Source: a virus (taxonomy: Duplodnaviria; Heunggongvirae; Uroviricota; Caudoviricetes). From it: a stretch of DNA of 64,000 bases. How positions within the stretch are numbered: the stretch's first letter is position 1; each line of letters begins with the position of its first letter. Location of the stretch: positions 40,794 through 104,793 of the IMG/VR virus record IMGVR_UViG_3300048837_000378. One strand, given 5' to 3'. Positions 47,712-57,247 of the stretch are shown in pieces. The notes beneath the pieces were generated by a model. It searched no databases and was not told the origin of the DNA. It was given only the letters and a program-made list of their open reading frames with translations. Made by a program: the position numbers and the translations under genes.

Positions 47712-49772
47712 TTAGTCAGTAAAAGTTTTACCATTACGTGCTTTTAAATAGTCTCGTTCTGCTTTTTCGCCTCTATTCATATTGTATTCAGCGAGTTCAT
47801 CAAAACTTAAATCTCTCAATAAAGATTTAGCTCCATCCCAATGTAAGACTTGCTCTAACTCAGACCCCATACGATTTTTGGCTAAAAACAACCTAGCAAC
47901 ATCATCACGTTCTGCGTCGCCCATATAAGGTCTCCACATAGTAATAACATTAGTTGCACTTTCTTCCCAGTCTCCAGATTCTTTAGCTGCACGTTTAGTT
48001 CTAATTGGTGTACAACCGTCTCCAGTTTGACGAGAGATTTGAGAAAGGATAATCATTGCCGTATCTGTACTGTTTGCTACTTCTACAGTTTTTAGAGCAT
48101 TGTAAGTGGAATTCGCGTACCTGTCAGAATGTGGTCCAGTAATTCGTCCAGCATAATCAATTAGGACGAATTTCATTTTTTCACCCGTTCTCTGTTCAAT
48201 ATCAAAGATACGGTCTCGCATTTGCTCCAAACTCAAAGTAGTACTAAAATCAAAATGAGTTTTGTTATAAGTCTTAGCAATAATCTCTTTTATTTCTCCA
48301 ATTTTAGCTTTATTTCTTTCTTGGTGAAACTTAAAGATTTGTTCTTTAGTATACTTAGTTAACTTCATTGCCAACTTTAGATACACTAAATTTTTATTCA
48401 TATCCATGCTAAAGAATGCCGAGGCTTGGTTATTTAAGCAGGAGGTCTCTAGGACGTTTAGAGCTGCTGTAGTTTTTCCACTACCGGCAGCGCCTACCCA
48501 AAGGCTTGTAGTACCTGTAGTGATTTGCATATTCTTGTCAATAAACTCAATACCAGTTTTGACTACGTTTTTGTCAAAGTTCATTGCAAAACGGTCAAAA
48601 TCCTCTGATACTTCATCAATCAATACTACTGACCGATTTTCTTGCAATTGGTGGTGGACACAGCAAGGTTTGCTCGTAAATTTACCAACAGCATCGCAAT
48701 ATTTTTTAAGGATGTCATTTTTAGGGTCTGTACCAAAAGCTCCTGGAATAAGTTTCCACGATTTCCCATAAGCAGAATTCATTGTAGTGTTCCACAATTC
48801 ACTCTTTTTGAAAGGCTCACTGTCTGGGTACAGTCTAGCGTTATCTCTTGCTACGCCTTTAAGGAGTCCGTAAGCACCTTCTTTACTGGTACCTTGATTT
48901 CTATAGTAACAGGCTAATCTTAGAAAAACTTGACTTCGTTCACCGACGCCAGAAATCATTATACCAGTCTCTAAAGCGTGTATGCAACGTGGTTTGGATT
49001 TTGGACAAGTAGAGAAATCTACTTCATCTAATCCTCGGATACCGTCTACAGAATTAGAATCATCCACAACTACAGATTTGAATTTTGGAGGGGTGGGAGA
49101 CTTAAACTTATCAAGAAATGAAGTGTCTTTTACGGGTTCGATAGAGAACGTTGACTTTGTTTTTGTTTTTGCTGACTCTTTGATTTGGTCTAAACTTAAT
49201 TCTACTAAATCATAAGGGTCAATTTCAATCTTAAATAAACCGGAATCTTGATGTCTAGTATTTACTATACGAATCGTTCTTGACGAATTGTAAATGACAT
49301 CGTCAAAAGAATCTAAACCAGCAGCAATATTACTACAAATTTGTTTTAATTCTTCTGGTTCAAGTGTTTTATCGACTAAAGGAACTTCAATGTGGAAACC
49401 TTTGTTTCCAGAAAAGTACACCCTAGCATTAGTAGAAACATCTACTCCAGCTTTTTGTAACCTATGCAAGAGTTCTTTAGCGTCTGTCTGAGCTTTGGAT
49501 ACATCTTTTTTTGAGTCTAAATCAAAAAATAGTCTGTCTGCATATACTTTTCCCGTATATCCAGCAATACTGTTGTTGTTTTTCTTAAAATATTCTTCAG
49601 CATCTTTTGAAAAAATATATAAAGACGAGTATAGGTCATCTTTATCTAAGTTTGTGTTACTGAATAGTGATTTATGCGCATTAATTACTTTATCATCAAC
49701 ATAAGACACAGGCAATAGAACGCCTGTGTCCTTTAATGACTTCTTTATTAGAATAAACTTTTCCATTTCCAC
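47712..49772 (-). CDS. DNA primase-polymerase (AEP/PrimPol) fused to SF4 replicative helicase
   Basis: N-terminal FFDLD...SGNKGFH PrimPol motifs. C-terminal Walker A GAAGSGKTTAALN in a DnaB/gp4-like domain. Confidence 0.8.
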   Translation of the reverse strand: MEMEKFILIKKSLKDTGVLLPVSYVDDKVINAHKSLFSNTNLDKDDLYSSLYIFSKDAEEYFKKNNNSIAGYTGKVYADRLFFDLDSKKDVSKAQTDAKELLHRLQKAGVDVSTNARVYFSGNKGFHIEVPLVDKTLEPEELKQICSNIAAGLDSFDDVIYNSSRTIRIVNTRHQDSGLFKIEIDPYDLVELSLDQIKESAKTKTKSTFSIEPVKDTSFLDKFKSPTPPKFKSVVVDDSNSVDGIRGLDEVDFSTCPKSKPRCIHALETGIMISGVGERSQVFLRLACYYRNQGTSKEGAYGLLKGVARDNARLYPDSEPFKKSELWNTTMNSAYGKSWKLIPGAFGTDPKNDILKKYCDAVGKFTSKPCCVHHQLQENRSVVLIDEVSEDFDRFAMNFDKNVVKTGIEFIDKNMQITTGTTSLWVGAAGSGKTTAALNVLETSCLNNQASAFFSMDMNKNLVYLKLAMKLTKYTKEQIFKFHQERNKAKIGEIKEIIAKTYNKTHFDFSTTLSLEQMRDRIFDIEQRTGEKMKFVLIDYAGRITGPHSDRYANSTYNALKTVEVANSTDTAMIILSQISRQTGDGCTPIRTKRAAKESGDWEESATNVITMWRPYMGDAERDDVARLFLAKNRMGSELEQVLHWDGAKSLLRDLSFDELAEYNMNRGEKAERDYLKARNGKTFTD

Positions 49773-49787
49773 ACCTTTAGTTAAAAT

Positions 49788-50030
49788 TTATTCTTGAGTA
49801 AATACAAAACGTGCGTCAGGCGACGTTTCTTTAGATTTCTCCGTTGCAAAGAAAACTGCAAAACTATTCAAAGGTACGGTAGAACCGTCTTCAAGTTGAG
49901 CGAATAGTTTAATTTTGTCTTTAGGGCCATTGGCACTAGCACTGATATATTGTCCAGCTTTGCCTTGTTTTAGCCATCCTGCTGCAAAAGTTAGATAATT
50001 CTTTTTGCCGCCACTATTAATGTTATTCAT
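49788..50030 (-). CDS. Small hypothetical protein
   Basis: 80 aa. Confidence 0.35.
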   Translation of the reverse strand: MNNINSGGKKNYLTFAAGWLKQGKAGQYISASANGPKDKIKLFAQLEDGSTVPLNSFAVFFATEKSKETSPDARFVFTQE

Positions 50031-50568
50031 TTGTAACTCCTTCTGGGTTAGTTGGTTGTTCTACATTAGCAGAACCTTGTTCTTTAGTCAATTCATTTCG
50101 TTTAGCTTTTTTAGCTTCTTCAAAAGCGTGGTTAGCCATAATCACAAACATATCACGAATTAGATTTTGTCCGATTGCAAATGCGGCTTTCTCTTCTTCT
50201 GATTGCAGTCTTACTGGCAGTCCTTCAGCAGGGAGAGAAAAAATAGCATTCATCACCCTGTTCATACCTTTTCGACTGATAGCATATTTTGTGCCACCAT
50301 TTAATCTACTAATAACCATATTCATTCGTCTTTGGTTGACGAGCAAATTAGCACTAGTACGAGCTAGCAACTCTTCTTGGCTGGGCATATTAATTTTTTG
50401 TCCGGTGCGAGCTTCTTCTTGAGCAATGGAAGTCACTTCTGTGAGTACTTCTTTTCTAACTCCATCGAGCGTCTCTGTTTTATTTAAAAGATTTGTGCCA
50501 GATTTTAAATCAGTATCTACTACTCCATTATTTAGTAGATTGCTGTCACCTGTTAATTCATTTTGCAT
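50023..50568 (-). CDS. Hypothetical protein
   Basis: 181 aa. Confidence 0.4.
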   Translation of the reverse strand: MQNELTGDSNLLNNGVVDTDLKSGTNLLNKTETLDGVRKEVLTEVTSIAQEEARTGQKINMPSQEELLARTSANLLVNQRRMNMVISRLNGGTKYAISRKGMNRVMNAIFSLPAEGLPVRLQSEEEKAAFAIGQNLIRDMFVIMANHAFEEAKKAKRNELTKEQGSANVEQPTNPEGVTNE

Positions 50569-50577
50569 TTATTCTCC

Positions 50578-51252
50578 TTAAAATTTAGGTTCAGTTTTTT
50601 GTTCAGTTTGTACGTTTCTTTTTGGAAATTTAATTTGAGTAGCTTGGACTGACGGTTGCTTATCTGGTGCCGGAGTTTTAGTTTGACTTAAATCTAATAA
50701 AGTTGAAGTCACAGCTTTTACGGAGTTATCAACTTCTTTAGTTTCCGAGGCACTAGGTTTAATTACACTTGGAGCAATATTTAGCCCTTTAGCTGGTTGT
50801 ACCGAGTTGCCTTTTTGTTTACGCGGACTTACGCCATCATTTTCTGGGTCATCTTCTGTAGCCACCATAAAGTTTTTACTGACAAAATACTTCATAGCCC
50901 CAGTAATAGCCTTATATGCCCCTTTATCTAAAGAATCATGGCCAGAACCTACGGATTTAACTGAAAAGGTTTCTCCACTTTCAGTATCCGCAAAAGTGTG
51001 AGTAGTTTCAATAATAGTAATAAGGTTTTCTTTATCTTTATTGACTACTCGTTCAGCATGTTTATATTCTGATGAAGTTAGAATCATTAGATTATTTTTT
51101 ACTAAGTTATTTCTAATCGCATCCAGAAGGTCGTTTTCTGTAGCGTAGCTATAACTCTGATGTGAGTTGTACCCAGTTTTTTCAATAGCTTCCGTTGCTG
51201 CAAGCACCGCTAAAATCTTTTTAAAAAGTCCTGCTTTAGCTTTATTTTCCAT
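50578..51252 (-). CDS. ERF-family single-strand annealing protein
   Basis: N-terminal LAVLAATEAIEKTGYNSHQSYSYATENDLLDAIRNNLVKNNL matches the ERF N-terminal pattern. Confidence 0.6.
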   Translation of the reverse strand: MENKAKAGLFKKILAVLAATEAIEKTGYNSHQSYSYATENDLLDAIRNNLVKNNLMILTSSEYKHAERVVNKDKENLITIIETTHTFADTESGETFSVKSVGSGHDSLDKGAYKAITGAMKYFVSKNFMVATEDDPENDGVSPRKQKGNSVQPAKGLNIAPSVIKPSASETKEVDNSVKAVTSTLLDLSQTKTPAPDKQPSVQATQIKFPKRNVQTEQKTEPKF

Positions 51253-51814
51253 TAATTTCCTCCAGATAAATTATCGCATTCTTTAAAATGCTCACGTTTT
51301 CTTTTAACATACCTATACCAGAATTGCAAGTAGAACATAAAAGTCCTCTAATTTTTCCAGTAAGATGATTATGGTCAACTACTAATTTTTCAACATTGTT
51401 GCAAATTTTACATTTGTTATTTTGTTTTTCTAGTAATTTCTGATATTCTTCTAATGTTATACCAAAATTATACTTAAGTCTAGAATTTTTTACTTTATCT
51501 TTATTTTTTTTAACCCAAGACTTTTGATAGGCTGTAACTTTAGTTTTATTGAGTTTTCTCCAAATCTTATTTGTAGTTAATATTTTTTCTTTATTTATGA
51601 GATACTTTTTACGCTTACGTTCAGTTTCTCTAGATTTATTTTTTAAATAAGCTTTTTTAGTTCTTATATTGCAGCACACTTTACATTCATAATAGAGACC
51701 ATCTTTTGTTTTAGTTTGCCTATAAAATAAACTAATATTCTTTTTTACTTTACAATTAGTACAAGTCTTTTTCATTTCTTTTTTGTCAATCCCGTTGCAT
51801 CGCCTTTGTGACAT
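51242..51814 (-). CDS. Endonuclease VII-type HNH homing endonuclease with Zn-finger N-terminus
   Basis: LVVDHNHLTGKIRGLLCSTCNSGIGML, the Endo VII family core. Confidence 0.8.
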   Translation of the reverse strand: MSQRRCNGIDKKEMKKTCTNCKVKKNISLFYRQTKTKDGLYYECKVCCNIRTKKAYLKNKSRETERKRKKYLINKEKILTTNKIWRKLNKTKVTAYQKSWVKKNKDKVKNSRLKYNFGITLEEYQKLLEKQNNKCKICNNVEKLVVDHNHLTGKIRGLLCSTCNSGIGMLKENVSILKNAIIYLEEINGK

Positions 51815-52878
51815 AAATTAAAATAAGGGCATTGGGAGCCAAACCAATTGTTACATTTACTAGTATTTTTGTACACAATTTCTTGTTTCATGGCTAAAAT
51901 AATGTTACCGTAGTCCATTAAAAGGTCGTTAATTTGATTTGAGTCTTTCTTCTCAACTAAAACTTGTACTTGCGGCTCAAGTGTGGTTTTCTCGTCCCAT
52001 TCCCCTCCGCACCTTTTAGCAGCAATAGTGTTATTGCAGGTTTGATGAGAACTGGTTTTAATGTGTCCACAACTTTTACAAGTACTAATTTGGTTTTTTT
52101 GTATATCTTTAGACAAAATAACATACCCTACTAAATCAGTGTTGTACTCCCCACCCTTCATTGCAGCGTACAAAGTAAGCTGCTGAGTCAGGTCGATGTC
52201 TTGTTGTGTATAAGGTTTGGCGGCTGTCTTTAAATCAAAAATTACTGGCTTATCGTAGCCATCAATTTCTAATACCATATCAATAAATCCTGTAATAGTA
52301 TCTCCAGTATTTGGGTCCTGTATTTGCGCCCTACCTTGAGTAGAAATTACTCTCTTAACCTTTGGCATAAACTGTTGTTGAAATGAGCTTAAAAGAATTT
52401 TACCTTTACGTTTCATAGAAAGCCAGCACATACGATTAAAATAAATCATCTCGTCTTTTGTGACGCTTTTGTAAGGGTTTTTCTTTTTGTTTGCAATATC
52501 TTTAAATAATGCAATACACTGTTCTTTATTAGTCCCTGGAGCTAACTTTAATTGAGTAGCCCAAGTTACCATTTGGGGTTCATCTTTAGCTTCTAGTACG
52601 TCTGAATCAAAGTCTTTATTTCCATATACGATGTCTGGGTTATCAAAAATAACAGTAGACTTACCAAAATTAAAAGCTTTGTTCCAACGGTCGTAAAATA
52701 CCTTTAAGAAGTCTGGGTTTTGTTCTAGCATAGCTGTTACGCCAGCGTCAATAGCAGAACCGAAGAAAGTGGACGCACCTTGAATAGGCGATTCCCAACC
52801 TTCTTTATAATTCAAGTGCCAGTGTTTCGGACACGAGATATAGGTGTTTGATTGTGAATAACTTGTCTTTACTGACAT
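51772..52878 (-). CDS. PD-(D/E)xK exonuclease (Cas4/RecB-like) with C-terminal Cys cluster
   Basis: GFIDMVLEIDG...IFDLKTAAKPYTQ...QLTLYAA nuclease motifs. CKSCGH...C...C and SQCPYFNLC cysteines. Confidence 0.6.
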   Translation of the reverse strand: MSVKTSYSQSNTYISCPKHWHLNYKEGWESPIQGASTFFGSAIDAGVTAMLEQNPDFLKVFYDRWNKAFNFGKSTVIFDNPDIVYGNKDFDSDVLEAKDEPQMVTWATQLKLAPGTNKEQCIALFKDIANKKKNPYKSVTKDEMIYFNRMCWLSMKRKGKILLSSFQQQFMPKVKRVISTQGRAQIQDPNTGDTITGFIDMVLEIDGYDKPVIFDLKTAAKPYTQQDIDLTQQLTLYAAMKGGEYNTDLVGYVILSKDIQKNQISTCKSCGHIKTSSHQTCNNTIAAKRCGGEWDEKTTLEPQVQVLVEKKDSNQINDLLMDYGNIILAMKQEIVYKNTSKCNNWFGSQCPYFNLCHKGDATGLTKKK

Positions 52879-52879
52879 T

Positions 52880-53443
52880 TTATGGTATCTCCTGTAATTT
52901 GTTCCATTTTCTATTTAAAATTGGAAGATTGTACCGTTTTGAAAATTGATATAATTGTTCTAGTTTTTTATTATCATATAATGATACTATATGTATCTTA
53001 CTTTTGCAATGAATTATCGGTTTATGTTTAATTCCTAAAATTTTAGACATCCAAAAAAGTACATTTGGTGTACCTAGTATTCGTAATCTTAGATAGCGAC
53101 CATTATATCCAATAGTACCATCACCATCAATGTATCCAATTATGTAAGCCAGTTCTTGAGATTTTTTTAAACCTTTTGGGTATTTCAAAGTTAAAGATTT
53201 TTTATTAACGATATTTAATTTTTCTAAAAATTCTGCTAAAATTTTATCTGTAAAAGTTAAACTCGTATTTGTTGTTGTTTTACTTATATAAATTTTATTC
53301 TTAACATGAAATTGAATTTTTAGTTTTTTTAAATGTTTTAAATCTTTTACAGACAAGCATACGCTTATTCTTTTAGATTTAGTAATATATCCGTCCGCAG
53401 CAATAAATCCTGCCCAATAATAGTCTGTTAAATTATTTTTCAT
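52880..53443 (-). CDS. LAGLIDADG homing endonuclease (two-motif, free-standing)
   Basis: YWAGFIAADGYI and YIIGYIDGDGTIG LAGLIDADG motifs. Confidence 0.75.
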   Translation of the reverse strand: MKNNLTDYYWAGFIAADGYITKSKRISVCLSVKDLKHLKKLKIQFHVKNKIYISKTTTNTSLTFTDKILAEFLEKLNIVNKKSLTLKYPKGLKKSQELAYIIGYIDGDGTIGYNGRYLRLRILGTPNVLFWMSKILGIKHKPIIHCKSKIHIVSLYDNKKLEQLYQFSKRYNLPILNRKWNKLQEIP

Positions 53444-54104
53444 AATCTATTACCGTAGGTTCATAATCAACTGCATAAGTTTCACCGCAAATAGAAGCGT
53501 TATAATAGTACTTGCCGTTAAAATATTTTTGACCGTGAGCCGAATGTATGTGGCCGAAAATATGAATTTTTAGATTCTTTAATTGTTGTGTTCGTAAAAA
53601 TAAATCGTAACACCCTACGCGCTCTTTAGGCGTACCGTCAGCATAACATACTACATCTAAGATTCCTTGAGGCGGACCATGAGTTATTAATATTTCAGTA
53701 TCCTCGGGAATTTTTGCCCATTCCGCAGCTATTTCAGGCCCTCTTTGAGAATTCCACGCCCAATCATGGAAATAAGGGGTTACGGCAGAGCCATAAATTT
53801 TAGTACCTTCAATATCTACAGCTTGTCCAGAACCTATAAAATGCACACCTGGGCAGGCTTTTTCGGCAATCTCTTTAGCTTGTTGAAAATTTTCTTCGAC
53901 CCATAATTCGTGATTACCTTGTACTGAGACTACGTGTCTCGCATCTTGTTTGTTTAACCATTTATGGTAGTCTTCAACAACATGCTTTTCGCCCTTAAAT
54001 GAATAATCTCCAGCACTAATAAGAATATCGCAGGGTGGAATAACTAATCTACTCTGACGACAATGTACGTCGCTGATGGCCACCAATTTCATTCTTGTTC
54101 CCAA
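53433..54104 (-). CDS. Calcineurin-like metallophosphoesterase
   Basis: LVAISDVHC, GDYSF, QGNHE, ITHGPP motifs. Likely true start is the ATG at 54092 (MKLVAISD). Confidence 0.8.
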   Translation of the reverse strand: MGTRMKLVAISDVHCRQSRLVIPPCDILISAGDYSFKGEKHVVEDYHKWLNKQDARHVVSVQGNHELWVEENFQQAKEIAEKACPGVHFIGSGQAVDIEGTKIYGSAVTPYFHDWAWNSQRGPEIAAEWAKIPEDTEILITHGPPQGILDVVCYADGTPKERVGCYDLFLRTQQLKNLKIHIFGHIHSAHGQKYFNGKYYYNASICGETYAVDYEPTVIDYEK

Positions 54105-54268
54105 CCTACTTCGGTCACTTCATTTTCCCCAACTGTTTCAAGCCTAATCATGTGTTCTTCTACAACTTCTAGAACTCTATCTAAAGACGTAATAGTATCG
54201 TACTTCAAATTATCTTTACAAATCTCAAAACACTTTACCATCTTTTCTAGCATTTCGCTACGTTTCAT
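54089..54268 (-). CDS. Small hypothetical protein (59 aa, not in ORF track)
   Basis: MKRSEMLEKMVKCFEICKDN... ATGA overlaps at both ends (with 54265..54537 and with the phosphoesterase start). Confidence 0.4.
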   Translation of the reverse strand: MKRSEMLEKMVKCFEICKDNLKYDTITSLDRVLEVVEEHMIRLETVGENEVTEVGWEQE

Positions 54269-54537
54269 AGATTGTAGGGTTCCATATACTTTTCATATAA
54301 TAATTTGCAACTAAGTCTAAAAGCTTCTGAAGGCCCATTTTGGATAAAGTATTTAGTAAGCAGCACTAAATTGTGAGCTTCTTCAGGATTCATTGGTTTA
54401 TCATATAGTAATTTCAATCTTAAAATTTCAAACTGTTCTACCATAGCATAAGTATTTCCATGCTTTTTCATGCGTCTCATCTTAGCTTCATCTAAACTCA
54501 CTAAGTTTTCTGGTAGGTTATTTTTCTTTTCGTCCAT
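54265..54537 (-). CDS. LYG-tail-like small protein (LYE variant)
   Basis: ...SCKLLYEKYMEPYNL. Confidence 0.4.
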   Translation of the reverse strand: MDEKKNNLPENLVSLDEAKMRRMKKHGNTYAMVEQFEILRLKLLYDKPMNPEEAHNLVLLTKYFIQNGPSEAFRLSCKLLYEKYMEPYNL

Positions 54538-54766
54538 TTAGTTCTTCCTGTAAATCTTTTAAAACTAAGACCGCAGCTTTATGAAACATCATTCTATCTT
54601 TTAAAGACATCAACTTTTGTGCTTCTAAAGTAATTTCCATTTTTTTAGTAGGGTCTTGTTTAAGTTCAGAAACTGTTTTTCTAATCTTTTCAATATCAAT
54701 TAACAGTAAATTAATTACTTGCTCGTGTTCAACTACCCTTTTATCAATTAGCTTATTTGTCTCCAA
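54518..54766 (-). CDS. Small coiled-coil protein
   Basis: 82 aa. Confidence 0.35.
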   Translation of the reverse strand: METNKLIDKRVVEHEQVINLLLIDIEKIRKTVSELKQDPTKKMEITLEAQKLMSLKDRMMFHKAAVLVLKDLQEELNGRKEK

Positions 54767-55016
54767 AAAGAACCTCGGCCTCTTTAGTTAATTTCATTAG
54801 AAATCGTGGTACACTTTGCATTAATGGCACTGTTTCCGTGCAGTATGTATAAGTTGGAGCATTATAAGTACTAGAAGTTGAAATTCCAGGCACTTCTTTT
54901 TGAACCGAAGTAAGTACTACGTTAGACTCATAGAAAATATTGACTAACTCGTATCCGTTTTTTACCATTTCATTCAAATCGTGCTCATTTACGCTGATGA
55001 AAGTAGGTTTATTCAT
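54753..55016 (-). CDS. Small hypothetical protein
   Basis: 87 aa, ends ...EVLFGDK. Confidence 0.4.
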   Translation of the reverse strand: MNKPTFISVNEHDLNEMVKNGYELVNIFYESNVVLTSVQKEVPGISTSSTYNAPTYTYCTETVPLMQSVPRFLMKLTKEAEVLFGDK

Positions 55017-55310
55017 TTATTTTCCTCCAAACAGAACTATGGCTGCTTCTGTTGCAGGTATCATTCTAGCTGGTATATTTCTTAGCCAAATTTCTTCATT
55101 TTTAAATTTTACCCACACATGAGAGTTGTTTGCCTTAACTATGATAACTGGAGTATTTGCTGGAATAACTACTTTTTTTGTAGGTTGTGAAAAATATCCT
55201 GCGGCTTCATAAGAATCTTTTTTTATGTCTTTTGTAAAAAGAACTACGTCGCCTTTTTTGAAAGGGGTAGCGTTAGCTGTAGGTCTACCTTTAGCCATTT
55301 GCAGCCCCAA
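55017..55310 (-). CDS. LYG-tail small protein family member (LFG variant)
   Basis: FKKGDVVLF N-terminal motif. Ends ...AAIVLFGGK. Confidence 0.5.
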   Translation of the reverse strand: MGLQMAKGRPTANATPFKKGDVVLFTKDIKKDSYEAAGYFSQPTKKVVIPANTPVIIVKANNSHVWVKFKNEEIWLRNIPARMIPATEAAIVLFGGK

Positions 55311-55905
55311 ACATAACCCTCAAAGCTTTTGACTCTTCTGGCCAAACAATTTCAGTTAAATTGATAATTTGAGCTTTGAATGATTTTTCGTACAATTTAA
55401 AACTTTCTGCATCGTACATAGCATTAGGAGAATAGCAAAGAATGTATAAACATTCTACTAATCCTCTGATTTCCTTATTAACAATTGCATCAATTAGATA
55501 AATTCTAAACTTATAAAACTCATGAAAAGTAATATCTGAATGGTCGTCAACAAGGTTATCCCTATATGTTTCTAGGTCAGAATTTTTATACGCCCCTTCA
55601 AAATACCTGTCCATTGCCGAGTGAAAGTTGCGCAGCGCCATACGATACGCTGAAAATTTGGAATTTAAAGTTTGTTTTACTAGGTATTTAATCAGTACAG
55701 CAGGGTCGATTAGTTTAGCTAGGTCGGCTACTAGACAATCTGGCACATCTTCAGTAAAGGATTTTTGAAAATCTTGAAGAACACTTACTACTGTTTGATA
55801 AGACGTGACAGGTTTAGGCTTACTGGGCCTAACAATAGGAGCATTAATCTGAGACATCACAAGAGGACTATGTTTAGTTTGAACGACGACAGGTTTCTTA
55901 ATCAT
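55291..55905 (-). CDS. Hypothetical protein
   Basis: 204 aa. Confidence 0.4.
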   Translation of the reverse strand: MIKKPVVVQTKHSPLVMSQINAPIVRPSKPKPVTSYQTVVSVLQDFQKSFTEDVPDCLVADLAKLIDPAVLIKYLVKQTLNSKFSAYRMALRNFHSAMDRYFEGAYKNSDLETYRDNLVDDHSDITFHEFYKFRIYLIDAIVNKEIRGLVECLYILCYSPNAMYDAESFKLYEKSFKAQIINLTEIVWPEESKALRVMFGAANG

Positions 55906-56798
55906 TTTAAGACCTCGGGAACATTGTATATAACTTTGTTATTCTGTTTTTTAACAAAAATTGTCCATTTAATTCGGTTCTTTTCAATAACTCTTTTAAC
56001 AGTTTGTTGTATTGCTTGCTTGCTCACTTTAAGCTCTTTTGCGGCAATTGTCAAGGATTTATTCAGGTTGTATATATTGTTTAATACTATAAACTGGTAA
56101 GGGGTTAATTTTGTTTGGTTATTTTGAATAAAGTGTCTCATTGTTGAGTACTCTGCTAGAGTCGTTAAAGCCGCGTATAACTCGTATTTAGCTCTAGCTT
56201 GGTCGTGGTAGCCTAATTCAATTGCTATCGTTAGGAAGTCTTTTTGTTCATATAGGTAGGCTTCTAGCGTCCGTTTGCGACGCGGTTTAAGTACGTCCCA
56301 AGCCACTTTTAGGTCTTTTCCTAATAAAGTCCCCATAATTACCGTATTATCTGGCTCTGGGGCTATATTTTCTAAATTGTCTCTATATTCCAGTTGAGGT
56401 TCTTCTGATTTATCTCTTTGAAGAAAGTCGTTAACTTCAGCACAGGCTGATTTACAGGTCGTAGCAATAGGGCAGCCGCCACAGTTAGAAATGAATAATT
56501 CTCCGTTAACAATTTTATGAGTTTTGGCTAACTCGTCTAAATAGGGTTTAGCGGTAACAGACTTGTGCGGCAAAGGCCGCCCTAAACACTGTTTACCAAA
56601 GCACACAAGCCTCTTAGGACACTCGTCCATAGATTGCCCATAGGCTGCCATAGTCTCGCGCCTAATGTCTCTTAAAACGTCTTCTCTAACGTCTGAAGCT
56701 ATAGCCATTGCCCAAGGTGGCCTAGTACAACTGGCCGGTTTATTGTCTTTTTTAAACTTTTTATCGTCCAAACAGCACCTTTCCAGCCGGAGTAGCAA
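55902..56798 (-). CDS. Putative transcription regulator (sigma-70 region-4-like HTH) with N-terminal Cys cluster
   Basis: C-terminal LTIAAKELKVSKQAIQQTVKRV HTH. N-terminal C-x-n-C cluster. Annotated start is TTG, so the true start is uncertain. Confidence 0.4.
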   Translation of the reverse strand: MLLRLERCCLDDKKFKKDNKPASCTRPPWAMAIASDVREDVLRDIRRETMAAYGQSMDECPKRLVCFGKQCLGRPLPHKSVTAKPYLDELAKTHKIVNGELFISNCGGCPIATTCKSACAEVNDFLQRDKSEEPQLEYRDNLENIAPEPDNTVIMGTLLGKDLKVAWDVLKPRRKRTLEAYLYEQKDFLTIAIELGYHDQARAKYELYAALTTLAEYSTMRHFIQNNQTKLTPYQFIVLNNIYNLNKSLTIAAKELKVSKQAIQQTVKRVIEKNRIKWTIFVKKQNNKVIYNVPEVLK

Positions 56799-56985
56799 TA
56801 CGAACGTGTTGGCTGTTATCTAAATACTCTACGTCAAGTAGTTCTCTAGGATGTCCTGATAAAGCGTAGAAGTATTTCCACTTTTCAGCATAAACGTGCT
56901 GCTCTATGCCCTCAATAACAAAAATTCTTCCCATCAATGTTTGAAGTACGTCGCCTTTTTTATATTTAGTTTTCATTTTTCCCAT
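56761..56985 (-). CDS. LYG-tail small protein family member (LFG variant)
   Basis: KYKKGDVLQTL N-terminal motif. Ends ...PAGKVLFGR. GGAAAGGTG-CTGT-TTG gives an SD and a candidate start for the next gene. Confidence 0.5.
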   Translation of the reverse strand: MGKMKTKYKKGDVLQTLMGRIFVIEGIEQHVYAEKWKYFYALSGHPRELLDVEYLDNSQHVRIATPAGKVLFGR

Positions 56986-57247
56986 ATAACAGTATCTCCG
57001 CAGGAGTAGCTAGTCTAGCATAATTATCGTAAAATTCTTTAACAGTTTTGTATCCGTCTTGGTTTTTAAGAAAGTCGGTAATATACTCTTGCAGTTGTTC
57101 CTCAAAATATACAAAACCATGTCTAAAAGAGTATAAATCATATCCTGTATCAGATACAGCAACTATTTTATACAGGTTATTTAGTTTATAACCAATATCA
57201 GAAGTGTCTGCCATTCTAATTATATCATTTATTTTATACTTGGCCAT
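56966..57247 (-). CDS. LYG-tail small protein family member
   Basis: Ends ...AEILLYGKNEN. Confidence 0.5.
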   Translation of the reverse strand: MAKYKINDIIRMADTSDIGYKLNNLYKIVAVSDTGYDLYSFRHGFVYFEEQLQEYITDFLKNQDGYKTVKEFYDNYARLATPAEILLYGKNEN

